Virus record (IMG/VR): IMGVR_UViG_3300005265_000018
DNA from: an uncultured virus (IMG/VR IMGVR_UViG_3300005265_000018)
Lineage: Duplodnaviria > Heunggongvirae > Uroviricota > Caudoviricetes
Strand: one strand, 5' to 3'
DNA length: 64,000 bases
This document shows, piece after piece, positions 12,111 to 20,799 of the stretch (within the stretch, counting starts at the first letter, position 1; every line of letters starts with the position of its first letter). The position numbers and the translations under genes are program-made. The notes beneath the pieces are model-generated. The model saw only the letters and a list, made by a program, of their open reading frames with translations, was not told the DNA's origin and searched no databases.

Positions 12111-12502
12111 CTATTTAATTTCTATTGTATTCTGTTCGCTCATTTTAATTTTGAGATAGTTAGCGATAATATCCACAACAGTTTGCCTCTGTCCACTTCT
12201 TGCTATTTCTTTATTATTTCTTTTTAAAATATACCAAAAATTATTGCCTCGTATTTGTTTAACGTCAATTTTATATATTATATTTTTCACCCCCTAACTA
12301 TTTATTGATTAATATTTTTTATCCTATTATATTGTGTCTAACGATAGCATAATTATTCAATTATTTTTCGCCTTGCTTAATTTAAGGGAGTTTAATCCAA
12401 AAATCAAGCAAGGCTATTTTATTTTTCCGTAAATATCACCTTAACCCCTGATGTTAATTATTCAATAGGTCTGTAGAGTGATATTTTTATGTTTCTACTC
12501 TA

Positions 12503-12531
12503 ATTATATACCTATTTTAAAAAAATGTCAA
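12503..12531 (-). promoter_or_regulatory. Consensus sigma70 promoter heading the early array
   Basis: TTGACA-17 nt-TATAAT with an AT-rich upstream element. Confidence 0.85.
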
Positions 12532-12711
12532 TGTTATTTTAATATATTAAATTAATGCTAATATTAAATAAAAATAAAAAAAGACAAAAATTAAAAAAAA
12601 TAAAAGCATATAAAGTTATCCACTTTTAAGGCTATATAGTTTTATTAAAATAGCATTAAAATGCCATAATTAGGCATAAATATATTATAATAGTTTTATT
12701 AATATTAAGGC

Positions 12712-12739
12712 ACTTCGCATAATAGTTATTATGCGAAAT
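12712..12739. other. Symmetric dif-like tyrosine-recombinase site
   Basis: ACTTCGCATAA-TAGTTA-TTATGCGAAAT, 11-6-11 architecture. Confidence 0.65.
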
Positions 12740-12910
12740 TAATTTACTACAAGGCATGAACAGGTAAAACAGGGTGATGTACCTGGTGAATGTAGTGGGT
12801 ATAAAAAGAAGATAAAAAGGGCTGTGGGTCAAAGGAGTAAAAGGAAGGGAGGGGGGGGTACTTTAAAACCCCCTTTATTTTTTGGACGCGTAATCCTTTT
12901 TGGGGCTACA

Positions 12911-13014
12911 TTTTTTGTCTACGCAACATCTAAGAATTTTTTGTCCACGCAACATCTAAGAATTTTTTGTCCACGCAACATCTAAGAATTTTTTGTCCAC
13001 GCAACATCTAAGAA
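12911..13014. repeat. 4 x 26-bp tandem repeat (iteron-like or packaging-site-like)
   Basis: TTTTTTGTCYACGCAACATCTAAGAA x4 with no spacers. Confidence 0.95.
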
Positions 13015-13112
13015 TTTTATGGGGGGGTAATCTTTTAGGGGAGGTAGTTTTTTTTAAGGGAGGTAATTCCTAAAAATAAAAAAAATTGAAAATAAAAAAA
13101 AGAGGATTATTT

Positions 13113-13559
13113 CTAATCCCCTTTATAATGTATTCCCCTATAACAACTAAGGCAGAGCGTTTGTAAATTGTCAATATCATTTTTATCTCCATTTTTATAA
13201 TAAACTTCTAAACTATGTCCCGTTTTGGGAGAATTGCCGCATAGAACACATTTAAAATTATCTCTTTTTAATACTTGCATTCGTATTTTGGGAGACAAAA
13301 TATGTTTTTTCTCCCTATAATAAATCATTCTACCCCTTTTAATAGCATTTATTTTTCTATCTTTGTAATTACGGAGAATTCCCTGTTTTTTAATCTTATC
13401 GGTTAGATGCTTTGATGAAACCGTAATATTGTATTTTTTCTGGAGATATTCGGAAATTTCATTACCTGACATGCCATCCTGATATAAATCAAAAATATTT
13501 TGCCAATTAATTTCCGCTTTAACGCAAGCATTGTAAAATTTGTATCTCTTGTCTTCCAT
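13113..13559 (-). CDS. HTH plus degenerate HNH domain protein
   Basis: VLKRDNFKCVLCG...LEVYYKNG...NLQTLCLSCYRGIH; the expected His residues appear as Tyr. Confidence 0.75.
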   Translation of the reverse strand: MEDKRYKFYNACVKAEINWQNIFDLYQDGMSGNEISEYLQKKYNITVSSKHLTDKIKKQGILRNYKDRKINAIKRGRMIYYREKKHILSPKIRMQVLKRDNFKCVLCGNSPKTGHSLEVYYKNGDKNDIDNLQTLCLSCYRGIHYKGD

Positions 13560-13593
13560 ATGGTTAAATTAATTATTAAAGGGCTATAATCCA

Positions 13594-13622
13594 AGTATAT
13601 CATATATAAATAATTTTGTCAA
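13594..13622 (-). promoter_or_regulatory. sigma70-type promoter for the HNH gene
   Basis: TTGACA-17 nt-TATACT. Confidence 0.7.
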
Positions 13623-13849
13623 TATTAATAATGTTTTTTAATAACATCTTTTGGAGGTTAAAAAAAATACCGCCATATGAGCGTTTATACCAATAAATGG
13701 CGTTTATGCTCGTTATGGCGGTATAGTGGAAAATTTTTGTCTTCTACCGTTAAAGTGGTAAGGGGTATTTTTTAAAGATAGCTTGACACACGGATTTTTA
13801 AAATAGACACTTTTAATATATTGCATTTTTTTATTGTTGTCAAGTAAAG

Positions 13850-13887
13850 TTATCCACATTGCCAATTAATTAAAATTGTGGTAAAAT
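13850..13887 (+). promoter_or_regulatory. DnaA box abutting a sigma70 promoter
   Basis: TTATCCACA directly followed by TTGCCA-17 nt-TAAAAT. Confidence 0.6.
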
Positions 13888-13972
13888 AAAGATATGAAAT
13901 CCTTAAAGCGAAAACAAAGAACCAAATATAAGCGTAAGCATAATAAACTAAGGATTAAGAATATAAAAAAAT

Positions 13973-14497
13973 ATGCAGCCGCCAATGCGACAAGGTAGTT
14001 CTGATGATTTTCAGACTCCACCCGAAGCGTTAATTCCCCTTTATCCGTATTTAAAAAGGGATTGGGTAATATGGGAATGTGCATGTGGTCGGGGTAATTT
14101 ATCCAACGCATTAAAGGATGAAGGATACAATGTAATTGCCACTGATATTTTGTATGGATATAAAGATTTTATTACCTGGAAGCCCGATGAATTTGATTGT
14201 ATAATTACCAATCCTCCCTTTAAATATAAGCAGGAATTTTTAGAAAGGGTGTATTCGTTGAGGAAGCCGTTTGCCCTTTTATTGCCATTAACCGCACTTG
14301 AAACCGCAAAAAGACAAAATCTTTTCAAGGAATATGGTGTGGAAATAATATTTTTTGATAAAAGAATTAATTTTGAAACTCCAAGTGGTAATGGTAGTGG
14401 ATCATGGTTTGCCACCGCTTGGTTTACTAATTGGTTTAATATTGGCAGGCAGATGACATTTAAAAAGTTTTATGATAAACAGGAGAAATTGATATAA
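13973..14497 (+). CDS. Small N6-adenine DNA methyltransferase-like protein
   Basis: DDFQTP, WECACGRG (SAM binding), IITNPPF. Confidence 0.8.
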   Translation: MQPPMRQGSSDDFQTPPEALIPLYPYLKRDWVIWECACGRGNLSNALKDEGYNVIATDILYGYKDFITWKPDEFDCIITNPPFKYKQEFLERVYSLRKPFALLLPLTALETAKRQNLFKEYGVEIIFFDKRINFETPSGNGSGSWFATAWFTNWFNIGRQMTFKKFYDKQEKLI

Positions 14498-14515
14498 AAA
14501 TTTTAAATTTCTAAA

Positions 14516-15151
14516 ATGAAAATACTTAATTTATATGCAGGAATTGGGGGCAACAGAAAATTGTGGGGAGATGACCACGAAATAACAGCAGTAGAATGGG
14601 ATAAGAATATAGCTAAAATTTATAGTGATTTTTTTCCCAAAGATAAAATGGTTATTGAAGATGCCCATGAATATCTTTTAAGGCATTTTAAGGAATTTGA
14701 TTTTATTTGGAGTAGCCCGCCTTGCCCAACACATTCAAGGACAAATACTTTTCTACACGCACAAGGGGTGATTAGGTATCCAGATATGAATTTATGGCAA
14801 GAGATAGTATTTTTAAAAAAATGGTTTAAGGGAAAATGGATAGTAGAAAATGTTATAAGCTATTATCCTCCATTATGGCCGCCGCAATTATTAGATAGAC
14901 ATTATATTTGGGCAAATTTTTTATGTGGCGAATTTAGAATAACAAGGGATTTCAATATAGCAAATGCCAGAGCAACTACAAGAAGACCAAGTAAGGATAA
15001 CTATTCAGCGTTAGAAAAGTATCATGGATTTAAACTTGATAAAAAAATAAAAAATAGATTGTTGTTGTTAAGAAATTGTGTAGCCCCCGAATTGGGTAGG
15101 TATATTTTAGATTGTGCTTTGGGTAAAAATAAACAAAAACCTCTTTTATGA
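14516..15151 (+). CDS. C5-cytosine DNA methyltransferase-like protein (short phage type)
   Basis: LNLYAGIGG, WSSPPCPTHS, VENV, RNCV motifs. Confidence 0.8.
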   Translation: MKILNLYAGIGGNRKLWGDDHEITAVEWDKNIAKIYSDFFPKDKMVIEDAHEYLLRHFKEFDFIWSSPPCPTHSRTNTFLHAQGVIRYPDMNLWQEIVFLKKWFKGKWIVENVISYYPPLWPPQLLDRHYIWANFLCGEFRITRDFNIANARATTRRPSKDNYSALEKYHGFKLDKKIKNRLLLLRNCVAPELGRYILDCALGKNKQKPLL

Positions 15152-16149
15152 AAACCACCAATCCTAAAATGAAAATAGATAAATTTATTAATAAAGTAAT
15201 TCAGGGCGATGCTCTTTCTGTTTTAAAAACTTTTCCTAATAATTCAATTGATATGGCAATGACTTCACCGCCTTATTGGACACAAAGATTTTATGGGGGC
15301 ATAGATGGTGAAGTTGGGCTTGAAAATACGCCAGAGGAATATATTGAAAAATTATTATTAATATTTAAAGAACTTAAAAGGGTGTTAAAAAAAATGGGAA
15401 CATTTTGGTTGAATATAGATGACGTATATTATGGTAGTGGTCATGGGAGAGCAGATGATTTGAGTGGTAGTAAACGGGGAACAATTAAGGGAATGCCTGA
15501 TAAAAATGTAAGAAGTTTTTTTAGCCAACAAAGAAATTTACCGCACCCATATTTAAAGAAAAAAGATTTATGTTTAATCCCTTTTCGGTTAATAGACAAA
15601 TTACAAAGGGATGGCTGGTATATTAGGGCATGTAATATTTGGCATAAGCCTAATGCGATGCCCGAAAATGTAGTTGATAGAACATCTAGTGATTATGAAT
15701 TTTTATTTTTATTAACCAAATCAAATAAATATTATTTTGACTATAAGGCAATTAGAGAGAAGTATACCAAACCAATGAATAGATGGGGTGGTGATAAATT
15801 AAAGGTAAGAGGAAAAAGTAATTGGGATAAAGGAGTTGGACAAAAAACTTATAGAGATAGAAATATGCGTCCGAATGAAGATGGTAGAAATTGTCGGGCA
15901 GTGTGGTCAATTAATACAAAACCTTCTATTGGTAATCATGTAGCAAAATTTCCAGAAGCATTGTGTATAAGGCCAATTGTGGCAGGTTGCCCTAGAAATG
16001 GAATAGTCTTAGATCCATTTATTGGCTCAGGTACAACCGCTAAGGTGGCAATGGAATTAGGTAGAAATTATATTGGGATTGAGCTGAACCCCAAATATAT
16101 AAAAGAAATTGCCAATCAACGCATAGCTCAAAAAACTTTAATGATATGA
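15148..16149 (+). CDS. N4-cytosine/N6-adenine DNA methyltransferase (beta class)
   Basis: TSPPY near the N-terminus; LDPFIGSGTT near the C-terminus. Confidence 0.9.
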   Translation: MKTTNPKMKIDKFINKVIQGDALSVLKTFPNNSIDMAMTSPPYWTQRFYGGIDGEVGLENTPEEYIEKLLLIFKELKRVLKKMGTFWLNIDDVYYGSGHGRADDLSGSKRGTIKGMPDKNVRSFFSQQRNLPHPYLKKKDLCLIPFRLIDKLQRDGWYIRACNIWHKPNAMPENVVDRTSSDYEFLFLLTKSNKYYFDYKAIREKYTKPMNRWGGDKLKVRGKSNWDKGVGQKTYRDRNMRPNEDGRNCRAVWSINTKPSIGNHVAKFPEALCIRPIVAGCPRNGIVLDPFIGSGTTAKVAMELGRNYIGIELNPKYIKEIANQRIAQKTLMI

Positions 16150-16538
16150 AGGGAAAATTTTATAAAAAAGACAATAAAATAATTATTGAAATTCCTTTTT
16201 ATAGTAAAAGGACAGATCCTTATACGCCAGATGAAGATGTTGGTGAATATCCAACCTTAATAGGTATAATAGTTAACAAGGATGGTTGCAATGAAGAATA
16301 TGGCCTTGCTTATACCATTGATATGAGTTATAAAGGAAAGCCCGACCAATGGACATCTATTAATTTTTATTTCGATGGTGAGAAAGAGGAATTTAAGAAG
16401 TTGTGTAAAAAATTAGGTATAGAAATTTTTGAATACCCCGCATGTGCTTATTGCCATAAATCCATATTTGGGACATTTACTGTTGGAGATAAGGGCAGTA
16501 TGTGCTGGGAATGTGCACAAAAATATGAGACCAAATAA
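16146..16538 (+). CDS. Hypothetical protein with C-terminal CxxC pairs
   Basis: ATGA overlap with the upstream gene. Confidence 0.65.
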   Translation: MKGKFYKKDNKIIIEIPFYSKRTDPYTPDEDVGEYPTLIGIIVNKDGCNEEYGLAYTIDMSYKGKPDQWTSINFYFDGEKEEFKKLCKKLGIEIFEYPACAYCHKSIFGTFTVGDKGSMCWECAQKYETK

Positions 16539-16815
16539 AAAAATATTTTTTAATAATTTGGCTATAGAAATGGGTACTCCTAGAATAGAAGATGCTGAAC
16601 ATGCTTATTACGCCCTATTGCGTGTATTGGTAAGAACCGCCAAAAATGAAGGGATTTGTAATGTTCCCGACTTTGGTTCATTTAAAGTAATTAAAACAAG
16701 GCGGCGAAGAAATGTGTCTGGATTAAAATATTGCCAAAAAGATATTTCTATAACAACTAATGCAATTTTAAAATTTACCCCATTAGGAAAATTAAAAAAG
16801 CATATAAACAGCTAA
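16525..16815 (+). CDS. HU/IHF-like DNA-binding protein
   Basis: VPDFGSFKV..RRRR...LKFTPLGKLKKHIN; ATG at 16525 preferred. Confidence 0.7.
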   Translation: MRPNKKIFFNNLAIEMGTPRIEDAEHAYYALLRVLVRTAKNEGICNVPDFGSFKVIKTRRRRNVSGLKYCQKDISITTNAILKFTPLGKLKKHINS

Positions 16816-17002
16816 CTTATGGTATAATAAACATAGTAAGTTAAATCTATGCTTAAATGGAAGGGTATATTAAAAAATATTGCCATTATTATTCACTATT
16901 TGATTGTGGGATTGGGTTATTTCTTTTTTGCTATGATGGTTTATTGGTTCATTACTTTATCTAGAGTATTTAATGGGGCAGTTAAATTTGTTCAGTAATT
17001 AT

Positions 17003-17313
17003 ATGAAAATTTTAACAGTTTGTCAAAGAGGAAACTGTAGAAGTGCTGCATTGGCATATATTTTTAAGGATAGAAAAAAATGAGTGATGTTATTGCTATG
17101 GGAACAGATACTACAACAAAAAGGGCTTGGAATATGATGGGAAACTGGGCAGATAAGATTCATGTTGTTGCTGAAGAAAAAATAAAAAATAGAGTCCCAA
17201 AAAAATTTAAAGATAAAATTATTTGGTTGGATATAGGAAGAGACAGGTGGTCTAATATGCGAGATAGAGAATTATTATCAATATTAGAAGGTGAATTAAA
17301 AAAATGTATTTAA
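17003..17313 (+). pseudogene. Low-molecular-weight protein-tyrosine-phosphatase-like gene frameshifted at an A7 run
   Basis: MKILTVCQRGNCRS (CX5RS P-loop) from 17003; one extra A at 17074-17080 would fuse it to ORF 17080-17313. Confidence 0.65.
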
Positions 17314-17606
17314 AAACAAAGGAAAAATTAAAACCGATAATTTTGTGTGTTGATTTGGGTAAAAATACTACCTGTAAATGGTGCGGTCAGCGTTATTGTA
17401 GTTGTGAAAGAAGGTTAAAAAAAATTAAAGAAAAATAGCAGTGTTGGTGGGTTATTATTTTGTACTTGTAATAACTATTTAGCATTGGGTCCTACTATTT
17501 ACCAACATATACTTTATACGGAGTAGAGCGTAGAATAATTTAGTGGACTGATAGACAGTTTAATAATTTAATTATAGTATTTATATTAATATAATTAATA
17601 TCCAAT

Positions 17607-17637
17607 AAAGCAGATTAATAGTCTGCTTTTTTGTTTT
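17607..17637 (+). terminator. Intrinsic terminator
   Basis: AAAGCAGATT-AAT-AGTCTGCTTT followed by a T-run. Confidence 0.75.
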
Positions 17638-17749
17638 AATAAAGTAACTAATGCAACTTTTGATATAATTAATAATAGAAAATATTTTTTTAAAGAAATG
17701 TCAAGTTTTTAATTTTTTTTATTAACTTTTTAATTAAATTGATAAAAAT

Positions 17750-18109
17750 ATGGCACAAAATAACTCAAAACAACCAATTAGTGATCAGGAAGAGAATAAA
17801 AATTATAACAATGAACTAAAAACTGGATTAGCAATGGTTCAAGCCAAGGATTTATCATTCAATACCAGAAAATTGTTCCATATGATGGAGACATTGGGTG
17901 TAAACTTGAATGATTTACAGTCGATTAATCAATTTTTACAAAAACTAGATACAATTGATCCAGATTTAAGAGAATTATTTGAGGTGTCATTTAATAATTT
18001 AATTAATGACGGGGATGTTAATCCACAAGCCCCCGCAAAAGAAACTCCCAATGAAAACGAGGGGTTAATGGGTAGGGATTTATCCCAAGAGCAATTAATG
18101 CCACGTTAA
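17750..18109 (+). CDS. Hypothetical protein, first gene of the packaging operon
   Basis: ORF downstream of a late-promoter-like motif at 17655-17669. Confidence 0.7.
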   Translation: MAQNNSKQPISDQEENKNYNNELKTGLAMVQAKDLSFNTRKLFHMMETLGVNLNDLQSINQFLQKLDTIDPDLRELFEVSFNNLINDGDVNPQAPAKETPNENEGLMGRDLSQEQLMPR

Positions 18110-18110
18110 A

Positions 18111-18743
18111 ATGAAACAATTTCCCAAAGAATATGAAAATGTTTTTAAAAGCAAAAGATCGTTAAAATGTTGTAGATTTGATTTGCTTGGTAATGATATG
18201 GGTATAGATACTGAGGAATATATCCATTTATTACAGTCTGAATTTGCAAGTTTCGAAAAAGCGATATTTGATCATTTGGTTAAAGTAGTGTGGCTAGTAA
18301 GGCGATTTTGTTATCGTGGCAAAAATCGAAGTAAGCCACGTGGCAATGGATGGGTTATAGAACGGGCATATGGTGTTTTTATGCGTAATTTTGTTGGTTT
18401 TAATCATACCCTTTTAACTGCAAATTTTTTAGCTGTTATCGCTTCTTATTTTGAGGAATTTTTTCCCGATTTTCATGCCAGAAACCCCTTTGAAGAAAAA
18501 ATGGAATTTCCTTTTCACCATATTAGTTTTGGACACCTGGTTATGGTTTATCAAATGCCTGAACGTATAGAATTATTACAACATGCGGAAAAAATGAGGA
18601 TGGATTTTGGTGATTTTGTGGAATATGTTATTAATTATGTCTCTTGTTTTAATGAACGTGAGAAAAGGGATATTTACGTATTAAATTTTAATTATTATTT
18701 AGGAGGAGTACCCTATGTTAGATATAGAGACAAAAAAATTTAA
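18111..18743 (+). CDS. Hypothetical protein
   Basis: 210-aa ORF in the operon. Confidence 0.7.
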   Translation: MKQFPKEYENVFKSKRSLKCCRFDLLGNDMGIDTEEYIHLLQSEFASFEKAIFDHLVKVVWLVRRFCYRGKNRSKPRGNGWVIERAYGVFMRNFVGFNHTLLTANFLAVIASYFEEFFPDFHARNPFEEKMEFPFHHISFGHLVMVYQMPERIELLQHAEKMRMDFGDFVEYVINYVSCFNEREKRDIYVLNFNYYLGGVPYVRYRDKKI

Positions 18744-19266
18744 ACCAGTTGTTTTTATAAAGGGTCAATATAATTACCATAGGCAAAATACCTTTCAACA
18801 AGGTTTATTGCTTAAGGCATTACAGGTAACCACCGATCCGCAGGAATTAAGGAAAATGGCAGGATTAAAAACTGTGGCTGAAGTTTATCGTACTTTAGAT
18901 AAATTATCCCTTCGTAAAGAATACCATGAGGCATTGGCGAGGCAGGGTATTAGCTTTGATATGATTATAAGCGGCATTAGAGATGTTTGTGATAAGGCAG
19001 ATAATACATCTAAGGGATTAAGTGTTAAATTAAAGGGATTACAAACCCTACTTAGATCCTTGGGCGTTGATGAATACAAGGAAAATATTGAGGGGACTGG
19101 CAAAAGTTGGGAAGATATGTTGGTGGAATTAGCCGATAAGAAAGATGATGATCCCAAACAGTTAAATCAGCCGATTGAGTATGAAGTGAAAGTACCAGAT
19201 GTACCAATGGATGCGATAAAAAAAATGGAAGAAGAAGAGGAATCATCCAGTGGATTATATGGATAA
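18715..19266 (+). CDS. Probable terminase small subunit
   Basis: Size, helical/HTH-like content and position directly before terL. Confidence 0.5.
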   Translation: MLDIETKKFKPVVFIKGQYNYHRQNTFQQGLLLKALQVTTDPQELRKMAGLKTVAEVYRTLDKLSLRKEYHEALARQGISFDMIISGIRDVCDKADNTSKGLSVKLKGLQTLLRSLGVDEYKENIEGTGKSWEDMLVELADKKDDDPKQLNQPIEYEVKVPDVPMDAIKKMEEEEESSSGLYG

Positions 19267-19272
19267 TTAATT

Positions 19273-20730
19273 ATGAACAATATTGATGTTACAAAATTAA
19301 AAGACCACAAATTTTATCTCGAACATTTTTGTAAAATAAAAACAAAGAAGGGCGGTCTACATCCCTTTATCTTAAATGAATCACAGAAAGACCTTTTTAA
19401 TACATTAAATAAGTATAATCGGATTATAATTTTAAAATGTCGCCAGTTAGGATTTTCTACAGGGGTGGCGGGATATTTTTATGTAGATACAATTACTACA
19501 CCGGGTATTACCACTGCTTTGGTTGGGTATAATGCCGAAATGGTAACAGAATTATTTGATAAAATTAAAACTTTTTATAAAACAACACCCACACAGATGC
19601 GTCCAGAAATTCAGTATGACACTAAGACACAGATTAGTTTTCCAAGGATGCACTCCAAAATAATGGTGCTTCCGTGTACCAAAGATGTGGGGCGTGGATA
19701 TACATTACATCGAGTGCTTTTAACCGAACTTTCAAGTTGGGATGATGCGGAAACTAAATTCATGGGATTGCTTGAGTCCATACCAGAAAGTGGAAAATTA
19801 GTGATTGAATCAACGCCTCGTGGGATGGGTAACCTTTATCACCGTTTATGGGCTACAAAGAATAATGATTATAAGAAAAAGCGATACGACTGGTGGTGGG
19901 GATACACCAAGGAACAAATGGATAAGAAGCGAAAAGAAATTGGTGAATTAGCTTTTGCACAGGAATATGGGAATGATTTTTTAGCCTCTGGTCGTTCAGT
20001 ATTTGATAGAGGAACCATTAAAATGCACCGCCGAAATATTTTAAAAGTAGGAGATGAGAATAGGGAATTAGTAATTGATGATTATATATCCCCCAAACAA
20101 ACAGTAAGGGAAGATGGGCATTGGATTATTTATCGGGATGTTCATCTCGATGGTATATATGTGATAGGCTCGGATGTTTCAGAGGGCGTGGAAGGTGGTG
20201 ATTATTCAGCGGCGATTATTTGGGATAGGAGAACAGGCGAAGAAGTTGCCCTTTTTCATGGACTATTGCCACCAGACGAACTCGCTAAAGAGCTTAACCG
20301 AATGGGAAGGTTGTATAATAACGCTTTAATGGTGGTGGAAATTAATAATCAGGGAATTTTAACAGTTACCAAATTAAGGGACATGGCATACCCAACCCCT
20401 TATTTTAGACCAGCCAAATTTGAAACAATGGGAACATCGTTATCTGATCGGTTGGGATGGAAAACAAACAGAGCCACTAGACCGATTCTGATTGGTGATT
20501 TTTATGAAGCCCTAAGACAAAATGCCCTAATTATTCATAGTGAAATTTTAATTAATGAAATGTCTACTTTTACTTATGACGAGAATGGTAATATGATTTC
20601 GGAAAAAGGAATGCACGATGATTGTTTGTTTGCAGCGGGAATTGGATTTCAGGGGTTTAAAGTTATTAGCCCCAATGAATTAACTCAAATAGATTATAAA
20701 AAATATTTGCCCAAATCGTTTTCTTATTAA
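19273..20730 (+). CDS. terL: Terminase large subunit
   Basis: LKCRQLGFST Walker A, LLTE Walker B, ESTP motif, GSDVSEG and HDD nuclease motifs. Confidence 0.95.
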   Translation: MNNIDVTKLKDHKFYLEHFCKIKTKKGGLHPFILNESQKDLFNTLNKYNRIIILKCRQLGFSTGVAGYFYVDTITTPGITTALVGYNAEMVTELFDKIKTFYKTTPTQMRPEIQYDTKTQISFPRMHSKIMVLPCTKDVGRGYTLHRVLLTELSSWDDAETKFMGLLESIPESGKLVIESTPRGMGNLYHRLWATKNNDYKKKRYDWWWGYTKEQMDKKRKEIGELAFAQEYGNDFLASGRSVFDRGTIKMHRRNILKVGDENRELVIDDYISPKQTVREDGHWIIYRDVHLDGIYVIGSDVSEGVEGGDYSAAIIWDRRTGEEVALFHGLLPPDELAKELNRMGRLYNNALMVVEINNQGILTVTKLRDMAYPTPYFRPAKFETMGTSLSDRLGWKTNRATRPILIGDFYEALRQNALIIHSEILINEMSTFTYDENGNMISEKGMHDDCLFAAGIGFQGFKVISPNELTQIDYKKYLPKSFSY

Positions 20731-20799
20731 AAAATATAAAAATATATTTTATTCGTAAATTATATTTTTAAAAAACAATAATTAGTAATTAAAAATAAT

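Larger units (their letters stand above)
4679..12290 (-). other. Array of small hypothetical genes, probable early/host-takeover region
   Basis: More than 20 short co-oriented ORFs downstream of perfect sigma70 promoters at 12503-12531 and 8258-8286. Confidence 0.7.

Noticed and set aside
12911..13014. 26-bp repeats as a CRISPR array
   Set aside because: The repeats are contiguous with no spacers, and no cas genes are present
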